Virus record (IMG/VR): IMGVR_UViG_3300032164_000015
Location: 1 to 60,930 of that record
Direction: 5' to 3' (one strand)
From: a virus
Taxonomy: Duplodnaviria > Caudoviricetes
DNA length: 60,930 nucleotides
In this document: positions 17,536 through 26,772 of the stretch, in pieces
Position numbering within the stretch: the stretch's first letter is position 1
Layout of the letters: every line of letters starts with the position of its first letter
The notes under the pieces: generated by a model
The model's input: the letters and a program-made list of their open reading frames with translations, nothing else
Databases searched by the model: none
What the model was told of the DNA's origin: nothing
Program-made: the position numbers and the translations under genes

Positions 17536-18049
17536 GACTTGCCCCCTTTTTCAGACGCTCGAAGACCGCCTTGGAGATGACCACCAAGTCGAGCGGGAGC
17601 TGTCCCGGACGAAAGGGTGTCTCGAAGGTGAGGATGACCGCAGGCTCAGTCCCCGCCGCCGCCGCGCCGTGGGCAACCTTCACCCACCACTCCTTCTTGA
17701 ACGAGATGGACGCGTTGTCCGTGCGCTTGTGCTCGTAGTGAAAGTCCTTCGACCCGATGTCGCCGTCGAGAGTGATGTTCTCGAAGCCCTCTTTGTGAAG
17801 TTCGCCCCGAAACGAAATGTCAGACACCTTGAGCGTCTTCGAGTAGCGGGACCGGAGTTTACCTCCGGAGTTTGGGAGCCGCCGCCCGCCCAGCTCTTTC
17901 GCCAGCCTCAGCTCGTGCTTCTTCGACCGCGCGTAGCGGTCATGGTTGTCGTCGAGGTACTTGAGCGCGCGACCTTTCGGAGCCTCGTCGCTCTGCGCGT
18001 CGAGGTGCTTGAGGCGTAGCCCCTTCGGCTTCTCGTCGTCGTCGCTCAT
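17525..18049 (-). CDS. Hjc-like PD-(D/E)XK endonuclease / resolvase
   Basis: HELRLAKELGGRRLPNSGG, LDGDI, HYEHKRT..SISFKKEWW. Confidence 0.7.
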   Translation of the reverse strand: MSDDDEKPKGLRLKHLDAQSDEAPKGRALKYLDDNHDRYARSKKHELRLAKELGGRRLPNSGGKLRSRYSKTLKVSDISFRGELHKEGFENITLDGDIGSKDFHYEHKRTDNASISFKKEWWVKVAHGAAAAGTEPAVILTFETPFRPGQLPLDLVVISKAVFERLKKGASRGK

Positions 18050-18384
18050 GAAGCCTCAGGAACAGGCTCCAGCTTCGGTGTGTTCGCCGTCAGCTCCACG
18101 ACGCACTGAAAGACGTACTCCCGGTCCTCTTCGGGAGACCAGAGCCGCAAGCGCTCTCCGAGAGCCAGCGTGCCCGTCAAGTCGCGCTCGTCGCCGTTAT
18201 CGAACCGCAACAGGTACTCGAAGCCCTTCTCGGTGGGAGAGATCTTCAGCACCTGTCCAGAAACAGGAACCCCTTGCCACTTGCCGAGGAACATTCCCTT
18301 CACCGGGAGCTTCGCCTCGGAAGGCGCGATCCACACGGTGAGGTCGTCACCGTCCTCTCGGCACACCAGTCCGTAATGCTTCAT
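18046..18384 (-). CDS. Hypothetical protein
   Basis: 112 aa, AGGAG RBS. Confidence 0.6.
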   Translation of the reverse strand: MKHYGLVCREDGDDLTVWIAPSEAKLPVKGMFLGKWQGVPVSGQVLKISPTEKGFEYLLRFDNGDERDLTGTLALGERLRLWSPEEDREYVFQCVVELTANTPKLEPVPEAS

Positions 18385-18393
18385 GCCGCACTC

Positions 18394-18645
18394 CTATCCG
18401 TTGAACTTCTCGATCTTCGTCACCATCGCGCCGATTCTTTCGGCCAGTCGCTTGCGCATCGCCACCAGCACCACGCCGTACTCACTCGCCGAGTCCGTCT
18501 TCGAGAAGTCCTTCGTCATGGTGACCATGCCCTTGAGAATGTAGTCCTCCATCTCGTTGGCGATCTCATTCGCGATGTTCTCACCGATTTTCTGGCGAGC
18601 ATCGTCCGGAAGAACTTTGATCAACTGATTGGCCATCGAGTTCAC
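18394..18645 (-). CDS. Hypothetical protein
   Basis: 83 aa helical, GGAG RBS. Confidence 0.55.
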   Translation of the reverse strand: MNSMANQLIKVLPDDARQKIGENIANEIANEMEDYILKGMVTMTKDFSKTDSASEYGVVLVAMRKRLAERIGAMVTKIEKFNG

Positions 18646-18805
18646 AGATTCTCCAAGGTTGACTGCTCGAACGGATCGGGCGCTTCGCGGGTATGGCCTT
18701 CAGAGCAACGCCACACCCACCGCATCGGAAACGACAACAAGTGACGCGGGTCCAGCTCCGCTTGAGCCGGAAGACCGCAGATACCGCAAGGCGAGACCTC
18801 CGGAG

Positions 18806-20329
18806 CTACGCCACTTCGGTCGCCGGAGTCTCTGGCAGCGGTTCTGGAACTGGCTGCAACCCGAGGTCCTCCACCGGTTCGTTGACGAGCTTCAGGCAGG
18901 TCTGCTTCACCAGCCGGTAGAACTCCTTGTCGGCTCTCATCCTCTTGTCGATGAGCCCCTTCGAGTCGTAGCGCGTTCCGAGGCAGGTCCAATGTGAACT
19001 TTCCTTGACGATGAGGCCGAGAGCCTGTGCTTCCGCCATCACGAACTCTTCGTCAAGTACGTCACCGATCAGCTTGGTCGTACCGTCCACCATCGCCATC
19101 TTGAACGTGTCGGTGCGCTTCGCCCCACCCGCCTTGCTCTTCTCGATGTGGAAAGGAAACTCGACTTCGAGAGGAATCGGATGGTCCTCGTCGGTCTTGT
19201 CGAACTCCCAGACGCCGGGTTTCATCTTCAACTCGACGGAGGCTGCGAAACCGGGAGCCATGCCGCCCGGCTGAACTTCGGGGTTGCCGAACATCACGCC
19301 GATTTTCATGCGGATCTGGTTCGTCAGGAAGACCGTCGGGCGACGCTCACTGTGGAGCCCCGCCATGTTGAGCCCCGAGACGAACTTGCGAACGCCTCTG
19401 TTGACGATCTTGGCGTTCCCTCCCATCGTCTCCTTCTCGGTGGACTCCTCGATTTCCTTCGCGGGTGTGAGGAACGCGATGGAGTCGAGCACGATGACAT
19501 CGCAATCCCCGGAACGTACCAGCGCGTCGCCGATGTCGAGAGACTGCTCGGCGTACTCCGGCACCGATAGCAGAAGCTTGTCGAGGTCGATGCCTTGCCG
19601 CAGTGCCCACTTCTTGTCGAACGTGCCTTCCACGTCGATGAAGGCGCAGACCGCCTCACGGTACTTCCGACAACCGCAAGTCGGTTTGATTTCTTCACCG
19701 AGAATCGGCACTCGAATCGTCGCGTGCTCATCCTCGGGGTCGGGCTGCGTCTCGACACGAAGCAGCTCCTTCCACTTGTCCCCGTGCGCGTACCAACGCG
19801 CGACAGGCGCGGAGACCCACTCCTTCTTGGTCTTCTTCTCCTTCGGCTCCGGCTCGGCCTCTTCCTTCTCCGCCTTGGCCTTCTTGCCACGCTTCTTCGA
19901 GGGAATGACGGTGACCTCGCCCGTGGTCTCGTCGATGACCTCCGCGTCTTCAACCTCGACTTCGACGAGCTTGGCCCAATGCACGTACTCCCAACAGTTG
20001 GAGCACTGGTGCTGCGCCTCCGCGATGGTCTTGAACAGGAGCGTGGTCTTGCAGGACGACTTCATCCCGTAGATGACGTTGACGCGGCCCTGCGGCCAGC
20101 CGCCGCAGAGCGCCTTGTCCACCTGAAACACCCCGGAAGGGATGCGGAAGGCTTTGGCCACGCGCGCGTCGGAGGCGCTGGTGAGGATGAGGTCGCCGTG
20201 CTTCTTCTTCAGCTTCTGAAAAAGCTCGGACGCCAACAGGTGCTGAATGCGCACCGGGTTGCGCTTCGCCGGAGTTTTCTTCTCGTCCTTCGGCTTCTCG
20301 TCCTGCTCATCCTTGCTTTTTCGGGCCAT
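18806..20329 (-). CDS. recA: RecA/UvsX-family recombinase with large insertion
   Basis: IPSGVFQVDKALCGGWPQGR, YGMKSSCKTT, AFIDVE, IVLDSIA, FLTNQIRMKIGVMFGNPE..PGG. Confidence 0.9.
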   Translation of the reverse strand: MARKSKDEQDEKPKDEKKTPAKRNPVRIQHLLASELFQKLKKKHGDLILTSASDARVAKAFRIPSGVFQVDKALCGGWPQGRVNVIYGMKSSCKTTLLFKTIAEAQHQCSNCWEYVHWAKLVEVEVEDAEVIDETTGEVTVIPSKKRGKKAKAEKEEAEPEPKEKKTKKEWVSAPVARWYAHGDKWKELLRVETQPDPEDEHATIRVPILGEEIKPTCGCRKYREAVCAFIDVEGTFDKKWALRQGIDLDKLLLSVPEYAEQSLDIGDALVRSGDCDVIVLDSIAFLTPAKEIEESTEKETMGGNAKIVNRGVRKFVSGLNMAGLHSERRPTVFLTNQIRMKIGVMFGNPEVQPGGMAPGFAASVELKMKPGVWEFDKTDEDHPIPLEVEFPFHIEKSKAGGAKRTDTFKMAMVDGTTKLIGDVLDEEFVMAEAQALGLIVKESSHWTCLGTRYDSKGLIDKRMRADKEFYRLVKQTCLKLVNEPVEDLGLQPVPEPLPETPATEVA

Positions 20330-20337
20330 TGGTTTCC

Positions 20338-20763
20338 TCAGTACGGCTGGTTGGCCTTGCTCGCGGTCGCGGCGGCGCGAACGTCAGCGGACTCGGCTTT
20401 GACCTTCTGTTCAACGAAGTCCTTCGCGTACTGGAAGCAATCGTCGATCTCTTCCTTGTAGCAAGGGACCGTCAACCCGATGTGAACCCGCACCGACTCG
20501 AAGTTGCCGATGTTGATGGTGAGCCCCACCTCGGCGTTCACTGTGGCGGGCTGCGTGACGTAGCGGTGAATCGCCAGCGTCGCGTCCTCCTTCGTCTCCT
20601 GCGGTCCGGTCGGAATCCCGTGAGACAGGTGTTGCCGGGTCACCAACACCGTCGTGGGTACTTCCTTCGAGCTTTTCTCAGCAAGGAGCCGCTGCTCCCA
20701 GACCGATTCAGCCTTCGCGAGAATCATCAACACCTGCGCCAGCGCGTCTTCCGTCGTTGCCAT
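20338..20763 (-). CDS. Hypothetical protein
   Basis: 141 aa; GLTINIGNFESVRV resembles a recurrent phage hypothetical motif. Confidence 0.6.
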   Translation of the reverse strand: MATTEDALAQVLMILAKAESVWEQRLLAEKSSKEVPTTVLVTRQHLSHGIPTGPQETKEDATLAIHRYVTQPATVNAEVGLTINIGNFESVRVHIGLTVPCYKEEIDDCFQYAKDFVEQKVKAESADVRAAATASKANQPY

Positions 20764-20787
20764 CGTCCGTTCCTCGTTCTTGGTGAG

Positions 20788-21648
20788 CTACTCGTCGTCC
20801 GTTGAAATCAACGTCGCCTGCATCACGCCGGACTTCTGCCAGCCTGCGGCGACCTCTGCCTTGAAGGAATCCCACGCGGGGCGTCCACGAATGAGCCCCG
20901 GTCGAGAGGCAAACGCCTTCTCGACGATGGTGATCATCGACAGCGTGTACAGCCGACGACCCGGTCGCTCTTCGCCCGCCTTGGTCGTGAACAAGCCGCG
21001 CAGCGGAGTCTTGGGCAGGTCGCCCCGACGCTCCAAGTGCTCCAACGTCACCACCGTGCGACCCACGGTCTCAGCGAGCACCCCGACCGTGTACAGCGTC
21101 TCGGTCTTCTTCTTCCCGTTCTTGTAGAGCACCTCACGCTCGTGGCCCACGAGCGGCGCACGGACACGCAGGTTCGGCGTGTCGTCATCGCGCTTTTCGA
21201 GCCGCCCCGTCTTCGTCAGGATCTCGCGGTTCCTCTCCACGTCTTCCATCGAGTACAGCCGGTCCTTGCCCGCGCGCCCGGCACCATTCGAGGGCGGAGG
21301 AATGATGCCCTGCCGCTCCCAGAGCCGAATCGCCTGCACGGAAACACCCAACCGCCGAGCCACCCTTCCGATGGAGAAGAGCGTCACAGGCTTGCCGTCG
21401 ATGGTGACCGTGACTTCCTTCCACCGGGGACTCACTCGGAATTCCTTGTGGGCGGACTCGGTCTTCTGCTCCGCGAGGCGAACCTTGCGCGCAGCCGCGC
21501 GCGACTTGCGATTCCGCTCCAGCACCAGCTTGCGGTACGCAGGGTCGTTCTCGTAGCGAGAGCGGCGGCCCTTGTTCCACTCAGTGGCATTGTCCTCGTA
21601 CCACTCCTTGAATTTGTTCTCGTCCGGCTTGGTTTTGTTTTCGCTCAT
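20788..21648 (-). CDS. Transcription regulator with two MerR-type HTH domains
   Basis: FSIGRVARRLGVSVQAIRLWERQGIIP..RLYS and YTVGVLAETVGRTVVTLEHLERRGDLP..RLYT. Confidence 0.8.
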   Translation of the reverse strand: MSENKTKPDENKFKEWYEDNATEWNKGRRSRYENDPAYRKLVLERNRKSRAAARKVRLAEQKTESAHKEFRVSPRWKEVTVTIDGKPVTLFSIGRVARRLGVSVQAIRLWERQGIIPPPSNGAGRAGKDRLYSMEDVERNREILTKTGRLEKRDDDTPNLRVRAPLVGHEREVLYKNGKKKTETLYTVGVLAETVGRTVVTLEHLERRGDLPKTPLRGLFTTKAGEERPGRRLYTLSMITIVEKAFASRPGLIRGRPAWDSFKAEVAAGWQKSGVMQATLISTDDE

Positions 21649-21660
21649 CTGGGCATCCTT

Positions 21661-21697
21661 CTACGCAAAGCGTAGCAAGTGACGTAGAAATTGTCAA
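21661..21697 (-). promoter_or_regulatory. sigma70-like promoter with palindrome
   Basis: TTGACA-17bp-TACGCT; CTACGC-AAA-GCGTAG at 21661-21675 overlaps the -10. Confidence 0.7.
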
Positions 21698-21700
21698 CGC

Positions 21701-23056
21701 TCACGCGACCCACCCCATCTTCGCGTAGAAGCGGTCACGGTGACCGCCCATCTTCACGCAGAGATTCACCTTTTCGTCGCGGAAGTCCACAATGACGGGG
21801 TCCTTCTTCCCTTCGAAGGGGCGGAGGATGCGGCCACACGCTTGCTCGACATCCCCCATCGGAACGGTGAGGAACGCGGTGTCGAGCGCGGGGATGTCGA
21901 GGCCCTCGGAGGCGAACTGGGTCGTGGCGAAGATGACCTGCGCCTTGGCGGCCTCGTCGAGGGCGTCTTCGCCCATCCCGCCGACGTAGTAGCCCACGGT
22001 CGGCACCGGTCCGGACTCCTGCTTCCACTGTGCGCGAAGCTCCGCTTCGAGGTCAGACAGGTGCTTCAGGCGCTCGGAGAGCACCAAGAGCTTGCGTCCG
22101 GCGACAATCGCCAACACGAGCTGCTCCGCCACCACCTTGTTCCGCGCCTTGTTCATGCACATGAACTTCAGCAGCAGATTCTTCGACACCAAGTTGGGGT
22201 TGAGGGAGGCGGTCTGCACGAGGTTGAAGTTGGTCCACACCTTGCGAACCTTCGGCTTCATCCGCTGTTCGGTAGAGGCGTAGAGGATCGACCCGATGTG
22301 GAAGTTGAAGACGTTGTCAGCGCCGTCCTTGCGGCGGGGTGTGGCGGAAACTCCCAACCGCCAGCGCGCCTTGAACATCGGCGGAACGGCGCTCCACGTC
22401 TCGGCTCCGATGCGGTGAACTTCGTCCGTGATGACCAACCCCGGCCACTCCTTGAAGAGGGGGCCGTAGTCTCGTCCGGCGATGGAATGCACCATCGCGA
22501 TGGCGATGTGCTTGCCTTGGAAGTTGCACTCGTCCTGTTGGATGAGTCCGACTTTCGCGTCGGGCAGGAACTGCGCGATGCGCTCCTTCCACTGGTTCAT
22601 CAGGAACTCTTTGTGGACCACCACGAGGGTCGGAACACCCATCTCCGCGATGAGGCCACACGACCACGTCGTTTTGCCCCAGCCGGTCACCGCGCGCACG
22701 ACCCCGCCGAGCGACCCGGTGCGGAACTGCCCGACGACAGTCTTCAGGGCGGTCTGTTGGTCAGGTCGAAGGGTTCCGTTGAACTTCAGGGGACCGGGCC
22801 ACATGTCGGCGCGTCCGTCGGTCACATCCAGCTCAACCTCGTGGCCTGCCCTCCGGTTCGATAGAAAATACTGGCGAGGTACGCCGATGAGACCGGGCTC
22901 CTTGTCGTTGAACAGGTAGACAGGTCCGGGCGGATCTCCCGGATGGTCGCCCACCTTCTTCGGGTAGATGGTCAGCTTCGCCTTGAGCCCGGCGAGCTGC
23001 ATCTCTGTCAGGTCGGCGCGAGGTAGCCACGCCCAACCCGCGACGCGGACCTTCAC
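21701..23056 (-). CDS. Superfamily 2 DExH helicase (UvsW/ResIII-like)
   Basis: LRPDQ, AVTGWGKT, DEVH, SAT, EGLDIPALD, QACGRILR. Confidence 0.9.
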   Translation of the reverse strand: MKVRVAGWAWLPRADLTEMQLAGLKAKLTIYPKKVGDHPGDPPGPVYLFNDKEPGLIGVPRQYFLSNRRAGHEVELDVTDGRADMWPGPLKFNGTLRPDQQTALKTVVGQFRTGSLGGVVRAVTGWGKTTWSCGLIAEMGVPTLVVVHKEFLMNQWKERIAQFLPDAKVGLIQQDECNFQGKHIAIAMVHSIAGRDYGPLFKEWPGLVITDEVHRIGAETWSAVPPMFKARWRLGVSATPRRKDGADNVFNFHIGSILYASTEQRMKPKVRKVWTNFNLVQTASLNPNLVSKNLLLKFMCMNKARNKVVAEQLVLAIVAGRKLLVLSERLKHLSDLEAELRAQWKQESGPVPTVGYYVGGMGEDALDEAAKAQVIFATTQFASEGLDIPALDTAFLTVPMGDVEQACGRILRPFEGKKDPVIVDFRDEKVNLCVKMGGHRDRFYAKMGWVA

Positions 23057-23631
23057 TTGGGCGTTCCGTTCGGCGCGGGGGTACGTGGCTGCAACAGTTC
23101 ATTCGTGGTGAGCAGGTCGCCGGGAATCGGGCCGCTGTGGTCGGGGAGCGAAGGCTCGACCTTCGCTGCCAGCTTGAGGGTGCAGGCGGTACAGGTGCTC
23201 ATTGCCTTCTCAATGTCGCTGGCCAACACGGTGTGAACGTCTCCTGCCGCGCAAACAAGGCAAGTCGGAACCACGGGGCCTCGCCCGCAGGCGTCACAGG
23301 GAAGGTCGGCTGGAGAAACGGGTCGGAGCTGCACAACCTTCTGCGCCTCACGCACCTGCTCGTCGCGGCGCAGTCCTTCGAGGGCGAACACCAAAATCTC
23401 TTTGTAGGGAGAGTCTCCGCTCGCGCCTTGGCTGACCTTCACCATCTGGTCCCAGATGCGAGAAAGGAACAGCGCGTCGTCCACCTGCTCGGGCGTAATG
23501 CCCTTCGGGAACAGAAGCCGAAACGCCCCGCCCGCGCGCGCGAACGTGTCACCGTGGTTGCGGTGCCGCTTCTCCACGAAGAGCCCCGCCTCGCGTCCCA
23601 ACTGCTCGAATTTGCCTTCGTCCGGTTTCAT
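23053..23631 (-). CDS. Hypothetical protein; N-terminus resembles a degenerate DUF1599-like all-helical nucleotide-associated domain
   Basis: KRHRNHGDTF..LLFPKGI..DALFLSRIWD..SPYKEI; C-terminal CxxC pairs. Confidence 0.5.
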   Translation of the reverse strand: MKPDEGKFEQLGREAGLFVEKRHRNHGDTFARAGGAFRLLFPKGITPEQVDDALFLSRIWDQMVKVSQGASGDSPYKEILVFALEGLRRDEQVREAQKVVQLRPVSPADLPCDACGRGPVVPTCLVCAAGDVHTVLASDIEKAMSTCTACTLKLAAKVEPSLPDHSGPIPGDLLTTNELLQPRTPAPNGTPK

Positions 23632-23843
23632 CGAAAGAGCCCCATCACGTTCGGTCGTGCTTCATTGCTTCGTTGATCTTCTGCCTCCGCACACACCGCC
23701 TCGAACCACGTCGGAGGCGGGACATCCAACGCAGTTGCCGACTGCCAACGCAGCTCGATTTTCCGCTGCTTGCCGCCCGTCTCTTCGACAACCGCCACCA
23801 CGCGGCTCTGCCCGAGGTACAGCGTGGCGAAGATGAGCTTCAT
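23628..23843 (-). CDS. Hypothetical protein
   Basis: Probable start MKLIF, GAGGAG upstream. Confidence 0.45.
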   Translation of the reverse strand: MKLIFATLYLGQSRVVAVVEETGGKQRKIELRWQSATALDVPPPTWFEAVCAEAEDQRSNEARPNVMGLFR

Positions 23844-23936
23844 CGGCAGCGGCTCCTCGGGACCGTGCGGTCCCATCCGAACGAGGACCGCGCAGGCGTA
23901 CCCGCGCGGCCCCCGAAAACTCGGTTCAGCTTCGAC

Positions 23937-24725
23937 TCAGAACGGGATGTCTTCCGACGCGCCGGTCTTCGGCTCGTCCGCTTCCCCGCCCGCTTCGTCC
24001 GGCTTCACGCCCGCGAGCATCATCCGCATGTCCTTCGAGGACTTCGGCTCGAACAGGGACATGTAGTTGAACGAGACCAGCTTCGGCAGCGGCTTGCCGT
24101 CCGTCCCGAGCTGGACCTTGAAGGTCCGCTTGAGGTTGCGCATCGCATCCTCGTTCTCGACGGCCTTCGAGTACAGCTCCGACATCTTCTTGCCCCGGTA
24201 GTTGGCAACCTCGTACAGCTTGACGAGGTCAGCCTCCTTCTGGAACTCGTGCTCGTCGCCGATGTTGGGCGACTTCTCGTCGGCGCGGGTGGCCTTGTAG
24301 AGGCACCCGACCAGCGAGCCACGGTCCTTCTTCTTCATCTGGAACTTCTTCAGCGACTTCAGCTTCGCGGGCAGCAGCTTGATCTCGTACTGGTGCGTGT
24401 TGCCCTTCTTGTCCACGTACTTCGAGCAGTCCACCACCGTGAAGTAGCCGATCCAGTACCGGCTCTTCGCCCCGAGGATCTCGCAGCACGCGGCACCATC
24501 GTCGCTGACAGCCTGCGCGCAGGTCAGCCAGTTCTTGAAGTCGCCGTTGATCTTCGGGTTGTGTTCGTGGAAGCACAGCGGTTCGTCGTCGAGGAAGATG
24601 AGTTCCTTCTGAGTCCCGACCGGCATCCAGAACCGATTCGGCCCGTACATCTGAGCGATTCGGTCTTCTTCGCGCTTCGTTCCTTCGAAACCTTCACTCG
24701 CCCAGCTCTGCTTTTGCTCAGCCAT
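23937..24725 (-). CDS. T4 gp32-like single-stranded DNA-binding protein
   Basis: NRFW, LIFLDD, FHEH..C..CC Zn ligands, YKATR, acidic tail ending EDIPF; lies in replication block. Confidence 0.75.
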   Translation of the reverse strand: MAEQKQSWASEGFEGTKREEDRIAQMYGPNRFWMPVGTQKELIFLDDEPLCFHEHNPKINGDFKNWLTCAQAVSDDGAACCEILGAKSRYWIGYFTVVDCSKYVDKKGNTHQYEIKLLPAKLKSLKKFQMKKKDRGSLVGCLYKATRADEKSPNIGDEHEFQKEADLVKLYEVANYRGKKMSELYSKAVENEDAMRNLKRTFKVQLGTDGKPLPKLVSFNYMSLFEPKSSKDMRMMLAGVKPDEAGGEADEPKTGASEDIPF

Positions 24726-24782
24726 GTTTGTTTATCTCACTTGGTTATTGGTTATTTTCGCTACAGCGCACATCGACTGCGT

Positions 24783-25106
24783 TCAGAAGGGACGGTCATC
24801 ATCCGTTCCCACCTGAGTCCCTACCGTCACCTCCTTCTTTGAGTCGTCCGTCTTCGCACCATCGTCCGTGTTCTTCTTCGGCTTCTTCTTGTCTTCGGAC
24901 AACTGAATCCGATCGACGAGTCCACTTACCACCGACTCGCATCCCGTACACAAGTCCTCGAACCGGAAAACTTCAACCCCTTTCCGGGTCAGCACCCACG
25001 GCTCCGGACTCAGCGCAGGTAGCCCCTGCGCGTAGGAGATCGACTGCATGTCGTACGGCTTGCCGCACCGGTCACAAATCTTGTTGAAGCTGACGTGAAC
25101 CGCCAC
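24783..25106 (-). CDS. Zn-ribbon protein with acidic DDDRPF tail
   Basis: CDRC...DLCTGC; AGGAG RBS. Confidence 0.6.
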   Translation of the reverse strand: MAVHVSFNKICDRCGKPYDMQSISYAQGLPALSPEPWVLTRKGVEVFRFEDLCTGCESVVSGLVDRIQLSEDKKKPKKNTDDGAKTDDSKKEVTVGTQVGTDDDRPF

Positions 25107-25133
25107 GGAAAACTCCTTTGTAGGAGGCGGTTC

Positions 25134-25364
25134 CTAGCAACTGGGGACCGGCTTGTCAAAGTTTCCCATCACGACCTCGGTCGCCAGCTCGACGGTCTCG
25201 CCGTTGTTCATTCGATCGCGCACCGAGTCGTACTGTTCCTCCGTCACGTTCAACACCGCGTCGCCTGCGGCGCTCTCTACGAAACGCACTTCGAGCTGAC
25301 ACCGAGTCGAACCGTCAGGAAGCTTCCGACGCCACGCCTGCTTCACGAACGCCTTGAGCTTCAC
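25134..25364 (-). CDS. Hypothetical protein
   Basis: 76 aa, GTGA overlap with primase stop. Confidence 0.55.
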   Translation of the reverse strand: MKLKAFVKQAWRRKLPDGSTRCQLEVRFVESAAGDAVLNVTEEQYDSVRDRMNNGETVELATEVVMGNFDKPVPSC

Positions 25365-26422
25365 GGCGGCACCCCCGGCGGACCGATGAGTTCACTCGCT
25401 TCGGTAGGCGTAAGGTCGTCCGGGTCGTCCCCGTCCCTCATGCTGACGATTTTGCACGGCAGGCGCTTGCTGATTTTCTCGCACCACGCCTCTGCTGCCT
25501 CCCGACCCGGCTTGTCCCCGTCGGGAACGATGACGACGCGGTTGAAGAAGCGCACCAGCTTTTCAAGCTGGAAGTCAGACAGGTGAGTACCCATCACCGC
25601 GCCGGTCGCGTAGCCGTAGCTCTGAAGGCGCATCACGTCGAAGAAGCCCTCGGTCAAACAACCGACCCCGGTGCCGTTCTCGGTGAAGAACTGCTCACCG
25701 TAGAGGTAGTAGTCGCGCTTGAAGCCCTTGGCGTGCATGTACTTCGGCGTCACGCCCTCGCGAAAGGCGCGACCGGAGTGCCCCACGAGCCGTCCCTTGC
25801 AGTCCCGAATCGGAATGGTGATGCGTCCGAACTTCGCGTCCCAGCACACCTCCCATTTGTTCAGAACCTCAAGGGAGAAGCGCCGCTCGTTGACGAGGTA
25901 GTTCCGGACACCCGTGGAGCTGCGGTGCTCGATGGGAAGGAACTTCTCGGTGAGGGTCTCCTCGGGAAGGATCCGCAGGTCCTTTTCCGCCATCTCCATC
26001 CCGAACGAAAGCTGAACGCCCTTGATGCCTGCGACTTCCTTCTGGGGATCGAACACAGGCCGAGCGCTCACCTGCTCTGGGTTCTGCAAACGCTTCCCCT
26101 GCGCCTCCAAGCGCTCGGTCATCTGCTCGACGGTCATGCCGTTGTGCGTGGAGACGAACTCCATGACATCGCTCTGGTCCTCGCCGGAGCGGATCTGAAT
26201 CTTCCATAGCAACTCCACGAGACTGCCTTTGAAATTGCAGGCGTGACAGGTGCAGCCGCTGTTGCCCTCAGAAATGGCGACGCTGAAGGACGGGTGGTTG
26301 TCCACCAGCTTGGCGTGCGTCCAAGGCGCGAGCGGGCAGGAAGAATAGATCCACTGCCCGCCCGGCTTGATTTTCGTGCAGCCAAGCTTCCTCAGCATGA
26401 CTTGGATGTGTTCGCTCTTCAC
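25361..26422 (-). CDS. dnaG: DnaG-type primase
   Basis: CPLAPWTH..CHAC Zn finger, RITIPIRD..GR..PKY, TOPRIM TEGFFD and PDGDKPG. Confidence 0.9.
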   Translation of the reverse strand: MKSEHIQVMLRKLGCTKIKPGGQWIYSSCPLAPWTHAKLVDNHPSFSVAISEGNSGCTCHACNFKGSLVELLWKIQIRSGEDQSDVMEFVSTHNGMTVEQMTERLEAQGKRLQNPEQVSARPVFDPQKEVAGIKGVQLSFGMEMAEKDLRILPEETLTEKFLPIEHRSSTGVRNYLVNERRFSLEVLNKWEVCWDAKFGRITIPIRDCKGRLVGHSGRAFREGVTPKYMHAKGFKRDYYLYGEQFFTENGTGVGCLTEGFFDVMRLQSYGYATGAVMGTHLSDFQLEKLVRFFNRVVIVPDGDKPGREAAEAWCEKISKRLPCKIVSMRDGDDPDDLTPTEASELIGPPGVPP

Positions 26423-26763
26423 TACCCACCTCGCTTCTCGGCGGGTTCCTTCGGGGGCGGCGCGATGAACTCGCGGTACATCGCGTCGAAGCGCTTGTTC
26501 TTCACCGCGCCTTCGTTGGAGTGGAAGTTGTTCCGCTTCCGGCCTGCTCCAGTGAGCTTGATTTTCTCGACGCCCCCGAAAGCAGAGTCCAACGTGAGGT
26601 AGCCGTACTCCGCCAAACGGCTGCGCGCGATGGCGAACGCGCTCACGAAGCGAGATTTGTTTGGCCCTTTGAGCGACAGGTAAATCGCGTAGGTCGTGTG
26701 CTTCAGAATCGCAGGCAGCTTGATGTAGACCTGATCAGGTAGAGCAATAGGGGGTGTGGGCAC
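26422..26763 (-). CDS. Hypothetical basic protein
   Basis: 113 aa, AAGGAG RBS, between helicase and primase. Confidence 0.6.
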   Translation of the reverse strand: MPTPPIALPDQVYIKLPAILKHTTYAIYLSLKGPNKSRFVSAFAIARSRLAEYGYLTLDSAFGGVEKIKLTGAGRKRNNFHSNEGAVKNKRFDAMYREFIAPPPKEPAEKRGG

Positions 26764-26772
26764 GGTGTCTCC

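Noticed and set aside
18642-18992. Zn-finger-like frame (CGIC..CSEGH) just after recA
   Set aside because: No credible start codon upstream of the first CxxC outside the recA overlap; could be a tiny gene or recoding event but unsupported
19650-20010. Intein in RecA
   Set aside because: No terminal HN-C/S/T, no splicing-block or LAGLIDADG motifs
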